This document shows, piece after piece, positions 1 to 10,410 of a DNA stretch of 64,000 bases. A program made the translations under genes and the position numbers. How positions within the stretch are numbered: position 1 is the first letter of the stretch; each line of letters opens with the position of its first letter. The notes under the pieces are model-generated. The model saw nothing but the letters and a program-made list of their open reading frames with translations. It did no database searches and was not told the origin of the DNA. This stretch comes from Nitrospirales bacterium (GTDB taxonomy: Bacteria > Nitrospirota > Nitrospiria > Nitrospirales > UBA8639), in NCBI GenBank assembly GCA_963555755.3, contig OY820905.2, positions 3,584,001-3,648,000 on the forward strand. The letters are read 5' to 3'.

Positions 1-310
1 CAAGGACCAAAGTTCCCTGCCCAGGCGCCCCTTCGGGATAATTGGCCGGGCGCAATAGGCGAGGCTCTTTTTTATAAAACCCCATCGTTTCTTTTTTGTC
101 CCAGGCGTGATTCCCCGTGGTGATGACCGACAGGCCTAAATCAAAAAGATCACCGGCTATTTCGGGGGTAATGCCAAATCCTCCGGCGGCATTTTCCCCA
201 TTACCAAAAATCAAATCAACTCGATGGGTATCGACCACCTTGTGCAGTGTGCTGGTAATGACCCGGCGACCAGGCTCACCAACAATATCACCAATAAACA
301 GAATAACCAC
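1..310 (-). CDS. ymdB: TIGR00282/YmdB-family metallophosphoesterase (partial, runs off window start)
   Basis: Manual translation from GTG at 310: xVILFIGDIVGEPGR..GNGENAAGGFGIT..TTGNHAWDKKE..LRPANYP; lies downstream of rny as usual. Confidence 0.9.
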   Translation of the reverse strand, partial: MVILFIGDIVGEPGRRVITSTLHKVVDTHRVDLIFGNGENAAGGFGITPEIAGDLFDLGLSVITTGNHAWDKKETMGFYKKEPRLLRPANYPEGAPGQGTLVL

Positions 311-343
311 GATAGTTTCCTTTGATGCGGTTTACCACTCTTA

Positions 344-1912
344 TCACTTCGCAAACTCGACGTAACGGCTTTCCCGAATGACGGTGACCTTGATTTGTCC
401 TGGATAGGTCATCTCCTGTTCAATTTTCTTGGATAACTCCCGTGACAATCGGAAGGATTCGCTATCAGAGAGTTCTCCTTGGCGAACAATCACGCGAACT
501 TCGCGCCCCGCTTGGATGGCATACGCTTTGTCCACGCCTCCGAAACCCACGGCGAGGGCTTCCAGCTTCTGTAACCGCTTTACGTAGGCTTCCAGCGTCT
601 CTCGTCGAGCGCCAGGCCGTGCAGCGGACAACGCCTCGGCCGCGGCCACGAGTACGGATTCAGGACAGATCGGCTCCACTTGTTCATGATGAGCCGCAAT
701 CGCATTGACGATCTTCTCGGACTCGCCATATTTTTGGGCCAACTCGGCTCCTAACATGGCATGCGTGCCTTCTTCCTCATGACTCACGACCTTACCAATG
801 TCATGGAGCAAGGCGCCACGTTTGGCCAGTTTGATATCTAAACCAAGCTCCGCAGCCATAATCCCACAAATATAGGAGGCTTCACGCGCATGATAGAGGT
901 TGTTCTGTCCATAACTGAGTCGAAATCGCAGCCGGCCTAACAATTTCACAATTTCCGGATGAAAGTCTGAAAGGCCCACTTCGAAGATGACCTTCTCGGC
1001 TTCCTCTCGCATGAGTTTATCCAGGTCGCTTTTAACCTTTTCTACGACTTCTTCAATACGGGTCGGATGAATCCGACCATCCTGCATCAGTCGTTCAAGA
1101 GCGACCTTCGCCACTTCACGACGAAGCGGGTCAAACCCCGACACAATCACGGCTTCGGGCGTCTCATCCACAATCAAATCGACGCCTGTGGCAGCTTCCA
1201 ACGCACGAATGTTTCGGCCTTCCCGTCCGATAATCCGACCTTTCATGCCATCATTGGCCAACTGAACAACCGAAATCGTGGCCTCATTCAAATAATCCCG
1301 AGTAATACGCTGAATCGAATTGGTCACAATTTCGCGCGCTTCCCGATCAGCGGTTTCCCGCGCTTCCTCCAGAATGCGTTTGGTAAACCCCGTGGCTTCA
1401 AGCCTGACCTCACTTTCAATCTCAGTCAGCTGTTGCCGCTTGGCCTCCTCCATGGTCAGGCTGGCCACCCGCTCCAGGGCCTCACGATGTTCTCGAACGG
1501 TTTGCTCACACACCCGTTCACTTTTCTTCAGTGATTCTTCGCGTTGATCTACAGCACGTTCGCGTTTGCGATTCTCCTCTTCTTTTCGATCACTCGTGGC
1601 AACTTTACGGTCAAGACTTTCTTCGCGTTGGGTTATGCGTTTTTCCAATGAATTCAATTCGCCACGCTTGTCTTTTTCCTTTTTTCCAAGCTCAGCTTTG
1701 GCTTGAAACAGAAGATCCTTCGCTTCAATTTTAGCTTCCTTGGTGAGATTCTCTGCCTCCCGTGCAGCAGAGGCCTTGAGCTGTTTGTTCTGCTCTTCGG
1801 CATCACGACGTTGGGTTCCCAGTCGATTTCGCTGGACCACGGCATTCAGGACAAACCCCAACACCAACCCAAGGACACCCACAGCGATTGATATGGTTAA
1901 TGTGGTTGTCAT
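344..1912 (-). CDS. rny: Ribonuclease Y
   Basis: N-terminal TM, coiled coil, KH (KGRIIGREGRNIR), HD (LLHDIGK); ATG at 1912 preceded by AGGAAGGGGG. Confidence 0.97.
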   Translation of the reverse strand: MTTTLTISIAVGVLGLVLGFVLNAVVQRNRLGTQRRDAEEQNKQLKASAAREAENLTKEAKIEAKDLLFQAKAELGKKEKDKRGELNSLEKRITQREESLDRKVATSDRKEEENRKRERAVDQREESLKKSERVCEQTVREHREALERVASLTMEEAKRQQLTEIESEVRLEATGFTKRILEEARETADREAREIVTNSIQRITRDYLNEATISVVQLANDGMKGRIIGREGRNIRALEAATGVDLIVDETPEAVIVSGFDPLRREVAKVALERLMQDGRIHPTRIEEVVEKVKSDLDKLMREEAEKVIFEVGLSDFHPEIVKLLGRLRFRLSYGQNNLYHAREASYICGIMAAELGLDIKLAKRGALLHDIGKVVSHEEEGTHAMLGAELAQKYGESEKIVNAIAAHHEQVEPICPESVLVAAAEALSAARPGARRETLEAYVKRLQKLEALAVGFGGVDKAYAIQAGREVRVIVRQGELSDSESFRLSRELSKKIEQEMTYPGQIKVTVIRESRYVEFAK

Positions 1913-2495
1913 GGCAGTCACCCCCTTCCTGGGCACTTCCTATGCCGACCCGGTTGCCCATAGATCGATAGAACAAGGGCAAATAGGCCTTCGTACACTT
2001 CCATCAATTTTTTTAGGGGATGTAGAAAAAAAACCCGGAGGAAAGCGGAGGAGTGAAAACGAGGCTAGAACAGATTCGCTACATTAAGAGTGGGACTGAA
2101 GTGTGAAAAACTGGATAATTTATGGTGAGTAATTGCCCATTCTATTGATTATTATCCAATGCTTCTCAACTTCATTCGTGACCAGCATGTATTGACTTCA
2201 CAGGTAGAGAGGTCAAAAACTGCTTCCTCTGTAGAAACAGCTCTCTCTTGGGCCATTTTGCTTGTAAGACGACACCTATCTCTCTCACTGTTCGACGATC
2301 TTGAACATCGAGTTTGCTCGATCACGCCCTCTTGTGTTTCAAAAATCCCACATTAACATTCCTCAAAAAATCCGTGCATACATTCCACATCCACTACAAA
2401 AACGTCATGTCCCTCTCAAATCGATAGAATTACTTTTTCTTCTCTCAAACGTTACCATGCCACCCTGCCTCTGGCAAGTAAGTAACCCTAAAGAG

Positions 2496-4399
2496 CAGGG
2501 CCATTTCATTCTTTTTATAAGCAAGGGATTCCATGAGGTTTTTTGTGCGCTCTTTTTCAGGGCAGGGCCATGCGGATGGCTAAATGGGGCTTGCCCCAGA
2601 GCAGTCTACACGCCTGCGCGATATTGGTGTAGCCTTTCAGGCGTAAGAGACTGATGGCATAGCGTCTCAGACAGGTCATGACCATTGGGCCATTGAGACT
2701 TCGTATCTGACTCCTGTCTTCATCAAAGGTGACGTCCAACACATAATGCTGCTTATTCTCCACACTCCAATGCTTTCGGTTTTGCGAGAGGATGGTCTTC
2801 GGCCCCGCCTTGTCTTTGGACTGACTCGTGACACCGCAGACCGCTTCGACGGTCGTGAGGCCCTGCTTGAGATGCGTCACTTCCCTCTCAATGCAGAAGA
2901 CTTGCTGGACATGAGGAAAGTTGACATAGGCATTCAGGGAGTCATCGCACCAGATCCTGCGGGTCGTGATCTGCCCATGGCCTTTCTCGGTGGTGGCATA
3001 ATCGCACCGGCGTGCTCGCAACGCTAAGGCCTCAATGTCGTGCTTCAAGGTGGGCTGGTTTCCCTTGACGGTGAAGACGAAGTCGGCGCCGCGTTCGTGC
3101 ACCAGGTACTCGGCAATCTCTTTCTGGGTGAGGAGCGCATCCGCCGTGATCACCTTCCCTGCGATCTCGAGCGCATCTAACAGGGGCCGCACGCAGGGGA
3201 TCTCATTGGTCTTGGAGTGAACTTTTTTTGGGTGAGGTGGCGCCCGGCTTGATGGGTGACGGCGCTGAGGACGTGGGTCTGTTCGCTTGGGACCTTCGAC
3301 GTCCCCCGCATGGTCTTCCCATCAATGGCAATGCCCTGATCCTCCCCGCCGAAGGTGTCCAGCCACCGGCCGAGCAGGGTATCGACTTCACAGGGGTCGA
3401 CGGCCGTGATAAAGCGGTAAAGAGTGCTGCGGCTCGGGACGAGGTAGCGCCCCCCTCGCTGAGTACAGCCTAGCCGCTTGCGCATCGGCTGCGATAACTG
3501 CTGGGCCCAGTCCGAGATCGCTTCATAGCCGCGCGCGCCGCACAAGGTGGCACAGAACATGATCGCCGTGAGGGCGCGTCGGGTGTGCCGTTGCCCTTGC
3601 AAATGGCGGGGATCGGTCAGCTGCACCACATACGTAAAGAGGGAGTCCGTCTGTTTTGTATTCAATCTCATCTGAGGCGCTTCTCCTTTCTGATAGGGCT
3701 GATCAAGCATCGGGCGTGCAAGGATCTCTCGGGCTTGGGGATGCAGCCGCACGACTAGGATGCGCTTCGGTCTCTCATGCTGAACATAACACGTGTTCGA
3801 CTTGCGAAACCCTCGTGTCAGACCGAGCTCGTGCCACCCGGCGGCCCGATAGCAGGTCCCGGTGAAGCGGGCAGGATCGACGAAGGTCTCTAAGAGGAGC
3901 AAGGGGTAGCCGTGGTACAGTTGCCAATCGGCCGAGATCCGTTTCGCGCAGAGCGACAGGACTTTCGAGGCGAGGTTCTTTTGCGAACAGCCCGGCAGCA
4001 TGAGAAACCGGGTGTTGTTGGCCAGTAAATGGAGTCGTTGCCATTGAAAACAGGGGGGCCAGCCGATCCAGTGGTCTCGCGGTCTCGATTTGAGGGCCGC
4101 CGCCGCAAACACCAGCAAGGCCAGCCAGCGATCCTGCACACAGGCGAGATATTGTATCGATTGGCCAATCAGCGGGGCATGACCGAGGTAGTGGTGTCTG
4201 TCGAGAAGGGTCTTGAAGGCGTCCTTTTCGTCTCGGACAATTGGGCGAACCACGACTTGCCTCAGATCAATGTCCGGCTGTCCGCTTGGCGATTCGTCTG
4301 GCATGCAAAAGAGTATGCCGTAAACGAAAAGAAAAAGCCAGCCTAAATCGATTATTCCTTATTATCTATAAAGTTACACTTTAATATGAAATAGCCCTG
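2496..4399 (-). mobile_element. ISAs1-family insertion sequence (1904 bp)
   Basis: IRs CAGGGCCATTTCAT / ATGAAATAGCCCTG; 10-bp TSD CCCTAAAGAG at 2486-2495 and 4400-4409. Confidence 0.92.
2557..4304 (-). CDS. DUF4338-ISAs1 transposase fusion, two ORFs (3177-4304, 2557-~3229) joined by a -1 frameshift
   Basis: HHYLG..NLAS..LLETFVD..GTCYRAAGW (DUF4338), then IAIDGKTMRG; -1 shift at A AAA AAG (3222-3229) restores KTNEIP..ITADA..VKGNQ..HWSVEN..LDVTFDED. Confidence 0.85.
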
Positions 4400-4401
4400 C
4401 C

Positions 4402-4698
4402 CTAAAGAGCAGAGTTACCGCCAATTTCGGCGTCAATACACCTTAAGAGCCCTGTCGCTCGCCGTTCAATTTCGGCCTCACCGGCCTGACGGCGACTTTC
4501 CTGCTGAAAGAGTTGGTCAGCAATGTTAATCGCCGCCAAAATCGCAACTTTGGTTGGGGTCGAGGTGGTCAAATTTTTGGCAATAGATTTCATCTGTCCC
4601 TCGACATACAACGCCAATTCATGCGCATAGTGCTCATCGCCATCGCCCTGAAGGGCTAACCGTTGACCAAAGACGTCCACCTCAACTGCGTTCGTCAC
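4402..4698 (-). CDS. zapA: Cell division protein ZapA
   Basis: VDVFGQRL..LALYVE..KVAILAAINIADQL; position between zapB-like gene and rny. Confidence 0.9.
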   Translation of the reverse strand: MTNAVEVDVFGQRLALQGDGDEHYAHELALYVEGQMKSIAKNLTTSTPTKVAILAAINIADQLFQQESRRQAGEAEIERRATGLLRCIDAEIGGNSAL

Positions 4699-4948
4699 AG
4701 GCTACCTCTGGCAGTTCATTGTCCTGAGTTTCTAGAAAGTGCAGGTCATCCAAGACTTTTTCAATTCTGGTCCGAATGTGCGCACGTTCTTCTTCCCAAT
4801 CCTGAGAAAGCCCTTCCTGCTGATCAAGGTTTTGACGAGCTTGAGCTAATTCCTGTTGAAGCACACCATTGGCCTGTTTTAAATCTTGAACCATGTCAAC
4901 CAGTCGTTTGACTCGAACCTCCAGAGCTTCCAATTTTTCCAAGTCCAC
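4682..4948 (-). CDS. zapB: ZapB-like coiled-coil protein
   Basis: 88-aa coiled coil (LEALEVRVKRLVD..RIEKVL) directly upstream of zapA. Confidence 0.75.
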   Translation of the reverse strand: MDLEKLEALEVRVKRLVDMVQDLKQANGVLQQELAQARQNLDQQEGLSQDWEEERAHIRTRIEKVLDDLHFLETQDNELPEVACDERS

Positions 4949-4994
4949 AAGTATTACACCTTAGTTAATATACGCTTGTGAGACTATAGAAGCT

Positions 4995-7238
4995 TCAACA
5001 ACCCTTGTCAAGAGAAGAACCACTACATCTAGTAGAATAGAGGTCTCGATACACATGATAGCTGGTCAATACACGCTTCACATACCTCCTCGTTTCTTTA
5101 TAGGAAATGAGTTCCACAAATTCATCAGCTTCCCGGTGGCCATTCTTATTCACCCAACGCTTGACAGCATTCGGCCCGGCATTATAGGCCGCAATCACTC
5201 GAATCACTTTTCCATCATTTTCCCCGAGCAATTGTCTCACATACTGAACACCCAATTGAATGTTGATTTTGCCAGAAAATAAATCTTCTCGCTCGATGGA
5301 CGATAGACCAATCCGATTCGCGACTCGCTGTGCGGTGGCCGGCATGAGTTGCATCAGGCCAATGGCACCCACCGGTGAAAGAGCTTGGGGATTATACAAA
5401 CTTTCCTCGCGAATAATCCCGGCAATGAGATACGGATCAACCTGGGAGTCGGCATAATGTTGAATGGTGGGAAGGTACCCATTGGGATAGGCCATAGACC
5501 ATAAGGCCGAAGTACGGGGTACACGGTGGCGTTCAACAGCGTCTCGAAAATGCCGCCTGGCAATCAGAAGCGCCTGGTCGTAGGCTTTGACCTCTCCTAA
5601 TTGAACAGCAATTTTGAACAACACACCCTGTGTTGATCGAAACGTTTTGCTCACACGCAACAGTTCACCAGTCGCCTCCTCCATCAAGCCAAGAATGGCC
5701 AGTTCCTGGGCCTTCTGGTAGTGGCGATCGTGTTCCAAAAGAGTACGAGTGCTGGAAGACATATCAGGTTCTTGAAGGAACACCTGTCCTGTCCCCCGTG
5801 AATCAATCGGCCGGGAAACAAGCCGAGTTTGCGCGAGTTGCCCATAATAGGTCATGGGAAATTCTTGGAATACTCGCCGATAGTGTTCTTGCGCCTTCTC
5901 ATGTAACCCAAGGTTCGCCAATGAACGGCCAGCCCAATATTGGGCTTGGGCTTCCCTACGCCAGCCTTTGGCCTGTTTGAGTATACGTGCGAATACCTGG
6001 TGAGCCTTCTGAAAATCCTCTTGTTGATAGTACAACCATCCCTGACGCCACATGGCATCGAAACGTGCTCGGGAAGACCCAGCAAGGTCAGCTGCCCGTT
6101 GATAGGCCTTTACGGCTTTTTGAAATGCGCCCTGATCTTCGTACCAAATCCCGCACATCCATTGGATCTGAGAACGTTCACTGGATTTCACCCCGGAAAG
6201 ACGCGATTGACTCAGCCCAATTAACTGGGCACCTTGCCCTTGCCGAAGGTACACTCGAGCCAGCCATTCGGTGGCTTGCCCACGGTAAGACGTTCGTCCT
6301 TGCGACAACCTGAGAAAGAGTTGCTGTGCCTGAGGATATTGCTTGAGACGCACATGGGCCATGGCTAATTTAAATTGTCCCTTCTCAAGACTCGGACTGG
6401 CAGGACGCCCCTTCAAAAATCGTTTCAGATCGGCAATCGCCGATTCAAAATGCGCCTGATCATAATAGGCTTTGGCACGACGGAAATAATCTCCTAAGGA
6501 GGGCTTCCAGAAACCTTGGATCACGTGGCCTTTTTTAACATCCTCATGAACGGTCTTGGCTTCAGGGGAAAGGGGATACCGCCACCACAATTTACGCAAG
6601 GTATCGATGGCCAATTGGGGTTGATCCAGCACTCTGGCGCAATCAGCAATGACCTGCAACGCACCAGGGGCATCATCCGAATCAGGGTCGAGTGCCAGGG
6701 CTTTCTGAAGATGGTGAATCGCATGATGACATTGCCCCGCTTCGTGCCAAGCAAAACCTCCACCAAAATGTATCTCCTTCTTCAGGATTGATTGCGGTTC
6801 CTGCTCCAAAATCGACTCAAAGGTGGCAGCGGCCTGTTGACTCAAATCCGCATCACGCAACGCCTGCGCAATCCACACCCGAATATAATCCCGGAGAAGA
6901 GGAAAGTTTTTTTCTGCGTCTTGCAGATACGGTAAGGCTTGGGATGGTTGAGTCTCGAGCAGGATATGTCCCAATCGGAGGCCCGCACGGTTACCCCATT
7001 CCGATTCAGGATATTGCTTCTGGATTTCTTCCAAATGTGAAAGGCGTGTGTCGATGTCCTGGGAATGGCGTTCCGCGATGTCGAGGGCACGATAGAAACA
7101 TTCCTTCGCGGTTTGACAACGCACGTCTGGAACGTCAGGTTCGGGCAAGGTTTGTGCCCCAGTGAAAAAGAAAATCAGCAGGACACCGCTCAGTCCCCCA
7201 AAGATCGGTAGCTGAAACCTGTGACGAAAGCTCTTCAT
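4995..7238 (-). CDS. TPR-containing soluble lytic transglycosylase (SLT domain)
   Basis: Signal peptide, TPR-like helices, IIREES..GAIGLMQLMP..AYNAG..ETRRYV. Confidence 0.9.
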   Translation of the reverse strand: MKSFRHRFQLPIFGGLSGVLLIFFFTGAQTLPEPDVPDVRCQTAKECFYRALDIAERHSQDIDTRLSHLEEIQKQYPESEWGNRAGLRLGHILLETQPSQALPYLQDAEKNFPLLRDYIRVWIAQALRDADLSQQAAATFESILEQEPQSILKKEIHFGGGFAWHEAGQCHHAIHHLQKALALDPDSDDAPGALQVIADCARVLDQPQLAIDTLRKLWWRYPLSPEAKTVHEDVKKGHVIQGFWKPSLGDYFRRAKAYYDQAHFESAIADLKRFLKGRPASPSLEKGQFKLAMAHVRLKQYPQAQQLFLRLSQGRTSYRGQATEWLARVYLRQGQGAQLIGLSQSRLSGVKSSERSQIQWMCGIWYEDQGAFQKAVKAYQRAADLAGSSRARFDAMWRQGWLYYQQEDFQKAHQVFARILKQAKGWRREAQAQYWAGRSLANLGLHEKAQEHYRRVFQEFPMTYYGQLAQTRLVSRPIDSRGTGQVFLQEPDMSSSTRTLLEHDRHYQKAQELAILGLMEEATGELLRVSKTFRSTQGVLFKIAVQLGEVKAYDQALLIARRHFRDAVERHRVPRTSALWSMAYPNGYLPTIQHYADSQVDPYLIAGIIREESLYNPQALSPVGAIGLMQLMPATAQRVANRIGLSSIEREDLFSGKINIQLGVQYVRQLLGENDGKVIRVIAAYNAGPNAVKRWVNKNGHREADEFVELISYKETRRYVKRVLTSYHVYRDLYSTRCSGSSLDKGC

Positions 7239-7625
7239 TCCCTTACGAGGCTCCTACGGAATTGCGACACTCACGTATACACTATTGATCTTCGCCATTA
7301 TTGGTGGACCATTCAAAAAGATCAACGCACATTTTTTTCGCAAAATCAATAACAGACTACCTGTTAGTCTTGTCTCCCCTCAATCATCTGTTGTCCAAGG
7401 AGAGCAAAATCGAAGGGCAGGAAAAGATCGATCCGTTATGTTCGGTTTCTGTTCAACTCTTAACAATATCGGTAAACGAGTGAGGTGTGTTAAGATTTTT
7501 CCCTCTGGGCACAGGATCATTCAACCTAGAAACGGCAGTTGGATCACAAAAGTCTGCGCAAGCTCTTGTTGGATCATACGGAATGGATGGTTCCAGATAT
7601 AGGGGCTGTTGAATATATCGCGTCA

Positions 7626-8637
7626 TATGCCTTCCCATTTAACTAAGGTTGCTTCAGTTTATTGAATCCCAAGGGTTTTGAGCTGCTGGTCAGGATTTTC
7701 AACAAACTCTGGAAGGTACTCATTGGAGTCTCACGGCGGTTATAGCGAAAGACAAACTCATCAAGATAGTGTTGCAGGTATTTTGAATCCACTCCATGGT
7801 GAATCCCGTTCAGCCAGGTCTGCAGATTGCCGAACGCTCTATGGATGTGTGGAGCGTGCTTCCCAGCACTTGCTGGGTCACCCTGGGTCCGTCTCAGGTG
7901 TTCGTATCCTGCCAAGGCTTTTGCCGAGTATCCCTTCCAACCATCGGACTTGATCTTACTGCCCTCAGCGACATGGCTATTGAGGAATGCTTTGATCTCG
8001 TTCTCTCCAGCGTCTTGAAGAATCGCTAATCGTAAACGCCCTGCTTTCTCTCGAAAGTGATCCCCTTGTGTGTACGTGACAATTTCTACGGCTCCGGCTA
8101 TTAACGTCTTGGTTTTCGCTTTCGCGACGCCACGGCCCGTTTTGCCTTTTACCGGTCCACCGATATGGGTTTCATCGGCTTCAACTGTTCCTGCGAGCCG
8201 TTCACGGTTCTGTCGTACCATTCCTCGTCGCAATCTGTGGAGCAAATACCAGGCGCTATCCACCTTCTTGATACTGAGTTGACGCTGCAATTGCACAGCA
8301 CTGATGCCAGGTGTGTGCGTGGAGACGAAATAGGCAGCCCAAAACCAAAGCCGTAGCGGCAAGTGCGATCTATGCATCACTGTGCCGCTTAGCGGTGATG
8401 TCTGTCTATGACACGACGAACACTCAAACCGGAAATATTTTTTGAGCCACCAACCACCGCGATGACCGCAAGCTGGACACATAAACCCGTCTGGCCACCG
8501 AATCGCCCGCAAGTACTCGAAGCACGCTTCTTCGGTGTGGAACCTAACAGAAAAATCCAAGATATCAGCAGCATACCCTGTGTCCATAGTCCAGCAGACT
8601 AGTCTAGGGACTAACCTTAGTCAAATGGGAAGGCATA
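7626..8637 (-). mobile_element. IS1595-family insertion sequence
   Basis: 25-bp IRs TATGCCTTCCCATTT(A/G)ACTAAGGTT; 8-bp TSD TCGCGTCA. Confidence 0.92.
7643..8587 (-). CDS. IS1595 (ISXO2-like) transposase
   Basis: Zn ribbon RWPDGFMCPACG..CSSC; VEADET, SDGW, YLDEFVFRYNRR. Confidence 0.95.
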   Translation of the reverse strand: MDTGYAADILDFSVRFHTEEACFEYLRAIRWPDGFMCPACGHRGGWWLKKYFRFECSSCHRQTSPLSGTVMHRSHLPLRLWFWAAYFVSTHTPGISAVQLQRQLSIKKVDSAWYLLHRLRRGMVRQNRERLAGTVEADETHIGGPVKGKTGRGVAKAKTKTLIAGAVEIVTYTQGDHFREKAGRLRLAILQDAGENEIKAFLNSHVAEGSKIKSDGWKGYSAKALAGYEHLRRTQGDPASAGKHAPHIHRAFGNLQTWLNGIHHGVDSKYLQHYLDEFVFRYNRRETPMSTFQSLLKILTSSSKPLGFNKLKQP

Positions 8638-8822
8638 TCGCGTCATTTGCAAATAAATGCCCTAGAGGAGCCAAGCATTGTCAAGGGGAGGGAATGTTCA
8701 AAAAAGATCGTCCAGCAAGGCCGCAGCCGTTTTGACGCGCGGAGCGTACTCATAGTACGTGAGCACGGCAAAAGGGCGAGAACGCCGCTGGCGGCTTTTT
8801 TCAACATTCCCATATATGAATT

Positions 8823-8845
8823 GGTAGGGTGGGCATCGCCCACCA
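8823..8845 (+). repeat. GTAG-type REP palindrome (inverted copy at 17107-17128)
   Basis: GGTAGGGTGGGCATCGCCCACC. Confidence 0.7.
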
Positions 8846-9146
8846 ATAACCACGTACCAAAGATAGCGGAGCAGTCTGCGACCCCCAGACCCACATGAAG
8901 CGCTGTTGGCAACCCATCCGCGTTCTATTTGGTGGCTAGTGGATACCCTCTTTCTCTTGTGTCGCTGCACGATCTCATCGTGCAGCGACACAAGAAAGAA
9001 TGCTCATACGAAGGAGAGGCAGGGGCAAAAAGTTCCCTGTATTCAGATTGAGATGGTGGTAGGGGTAGAACCATGAATTCTGTATGATCCCTTTTTTTGC
9101 GCACAACTGCCGTTTCTAGGATTATGAAATCCAACTTCGATATCAC

Positions 9147-9531
9147 GGACCAGTTGCAAATTTGGTGGAATTGGGACCTATTCCATGGCCCGCCGGAGGT
9201 CATGGGGATCGTGTTGGGGGGGCACAGCCTGCTCAGGCGTGGCGGGAATGGCGAGATTTCTCCCATCCTCCTTCGCCAGAGCTTCGGCGGACAAGGGGGT
9301 CGAAATGACAAGAGGGGGAAGGGGTAAGAAGCAAGTCTGGTTGGAGGAACAACCTAGAAGGCTCCCTTCTGTCATTTCGAGTGCAAGGAGAAATCTCTTG
9401 GCCCGAAAGAACGTGACCCGGGCGGGCATGGGGGAGAGTTCCTCGAAGGGTCGAAATGACAACGGACGACGTGTGATACGGGCGAAGCGTAATAGAGTTT
9501 AGCCTACCTCCACCAAAATTGAGATTGATCC
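9147..9531. mobile_element. MITE family G carrying GTCATTTCGA-type REP pairs
   Basis: TIRs GGACCAGTTGCAAATTTGGTGGA / CTCCACCAAAATTGAGATTGATCC; 8-bp TSD GATATCAC. Confidence 0.8.
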
Positions 9532-9676
9532 GATATCACTCAGCTCTCCAAAGAAGAAAAACTGGATCAATCGCAATTTTGGTGGAGGTAGGTGAAACCC
9601 TCGTTGATTAATCCCGTGAAGGGTCTGTCCCAAACCATAGCGCTATTCCAAACGTCCTGAGTCAACAAAACATTGA

Positions 9677-10005
9677 GGGCCTGTTGAATATCTCACACCA
9701 ATAGCCCATAAAAGCTTCAGATGAGCCCGGCATTTTCAAGGGGAGGGAATGTTCAAAAAAGCATGCCCTGAGTCTTTCCGAAGGGTCTATCCAGTCCTGT
9801 CCTGAGCAGAGTCGAAGGAAAGGCCGCAGCCATTTTCACGCGCGGAGCGTACTCTCAGTACGTGAGCACGGCAAAAGGGCGACCTGCCTACGCGAAGCCG
9901 CTTCGGCAGGCATGGAACCGCTGGCTTGTCAGCCGTAGCTTTAGCGCTCGTCCGCCGAAGCTTTTTGCGAAGGCGGGAAGGCTGGCGGCTTTTTTCAACA
10001 TTCCC
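9677..10005 (-). mobile_element. MITE family A with small internal palindromic insertions
   Basis: CTGTTGAATAT..GGGAATGTTCAAAAAA..TTTTTCAACATTCCC. Confidence 0.7.
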
Positions 10006-10410
10006 AATATCTAAAGCGCAAACTCCAACGCCAACCGTCCTGCGGCTTGGGTTTCATCCCCACTCATCGCGGTATAGTCCATGCCAAGCAGCAGGTGCGT
10101 ACGGTCATGTATCTCCAGGCGGAGGGACGCGCCAAGGCTGCCACCATAGACGCTGTCATCACTGGCTGAGGTAAAGCGAAAGTCACTGCCGGAGAGGGTG
10201 GCGTGGATGTCGTCGTCATAGGTGTGTCGGGCGAGTACGCCGGCCCGGAGTTCGAGATGGCTGGTGTCGAGGGTGTAGCGGGCGGCCAGTTGGAGACGGC
10301 TCTGCAGGGCGTGGACGGTGCGGTTGTCGATGCTGAGGTTGGAGCGGGTGGTGCCGGTTTCCCGGTAGGCGTCATACCAGGCGATGCTGTAGGCGAGGGT
10401 GGCTTGGGGG

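Larger units (their letters stand above)
7602..8811 (-). mobile_element. MITE family A interrupted by IS1595
   Basis: TIRs GGGGCTGTTGAA / TTCAACATTCCC, TSD ATATA; matches the intact copy at 25013-25226. Confidence 0.8.
7525..9120. mobile_element. MITE family B, long variant (CCTAGAAAC ends), containing nested family A and IS1595
   Basis: Left end CCTAGAAACGGCAGTTGG after TTCAA; right end CAACTGCCGTTTCTAGG at 9120; right flank does not match, so no TSD. Confidence 0.55.
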
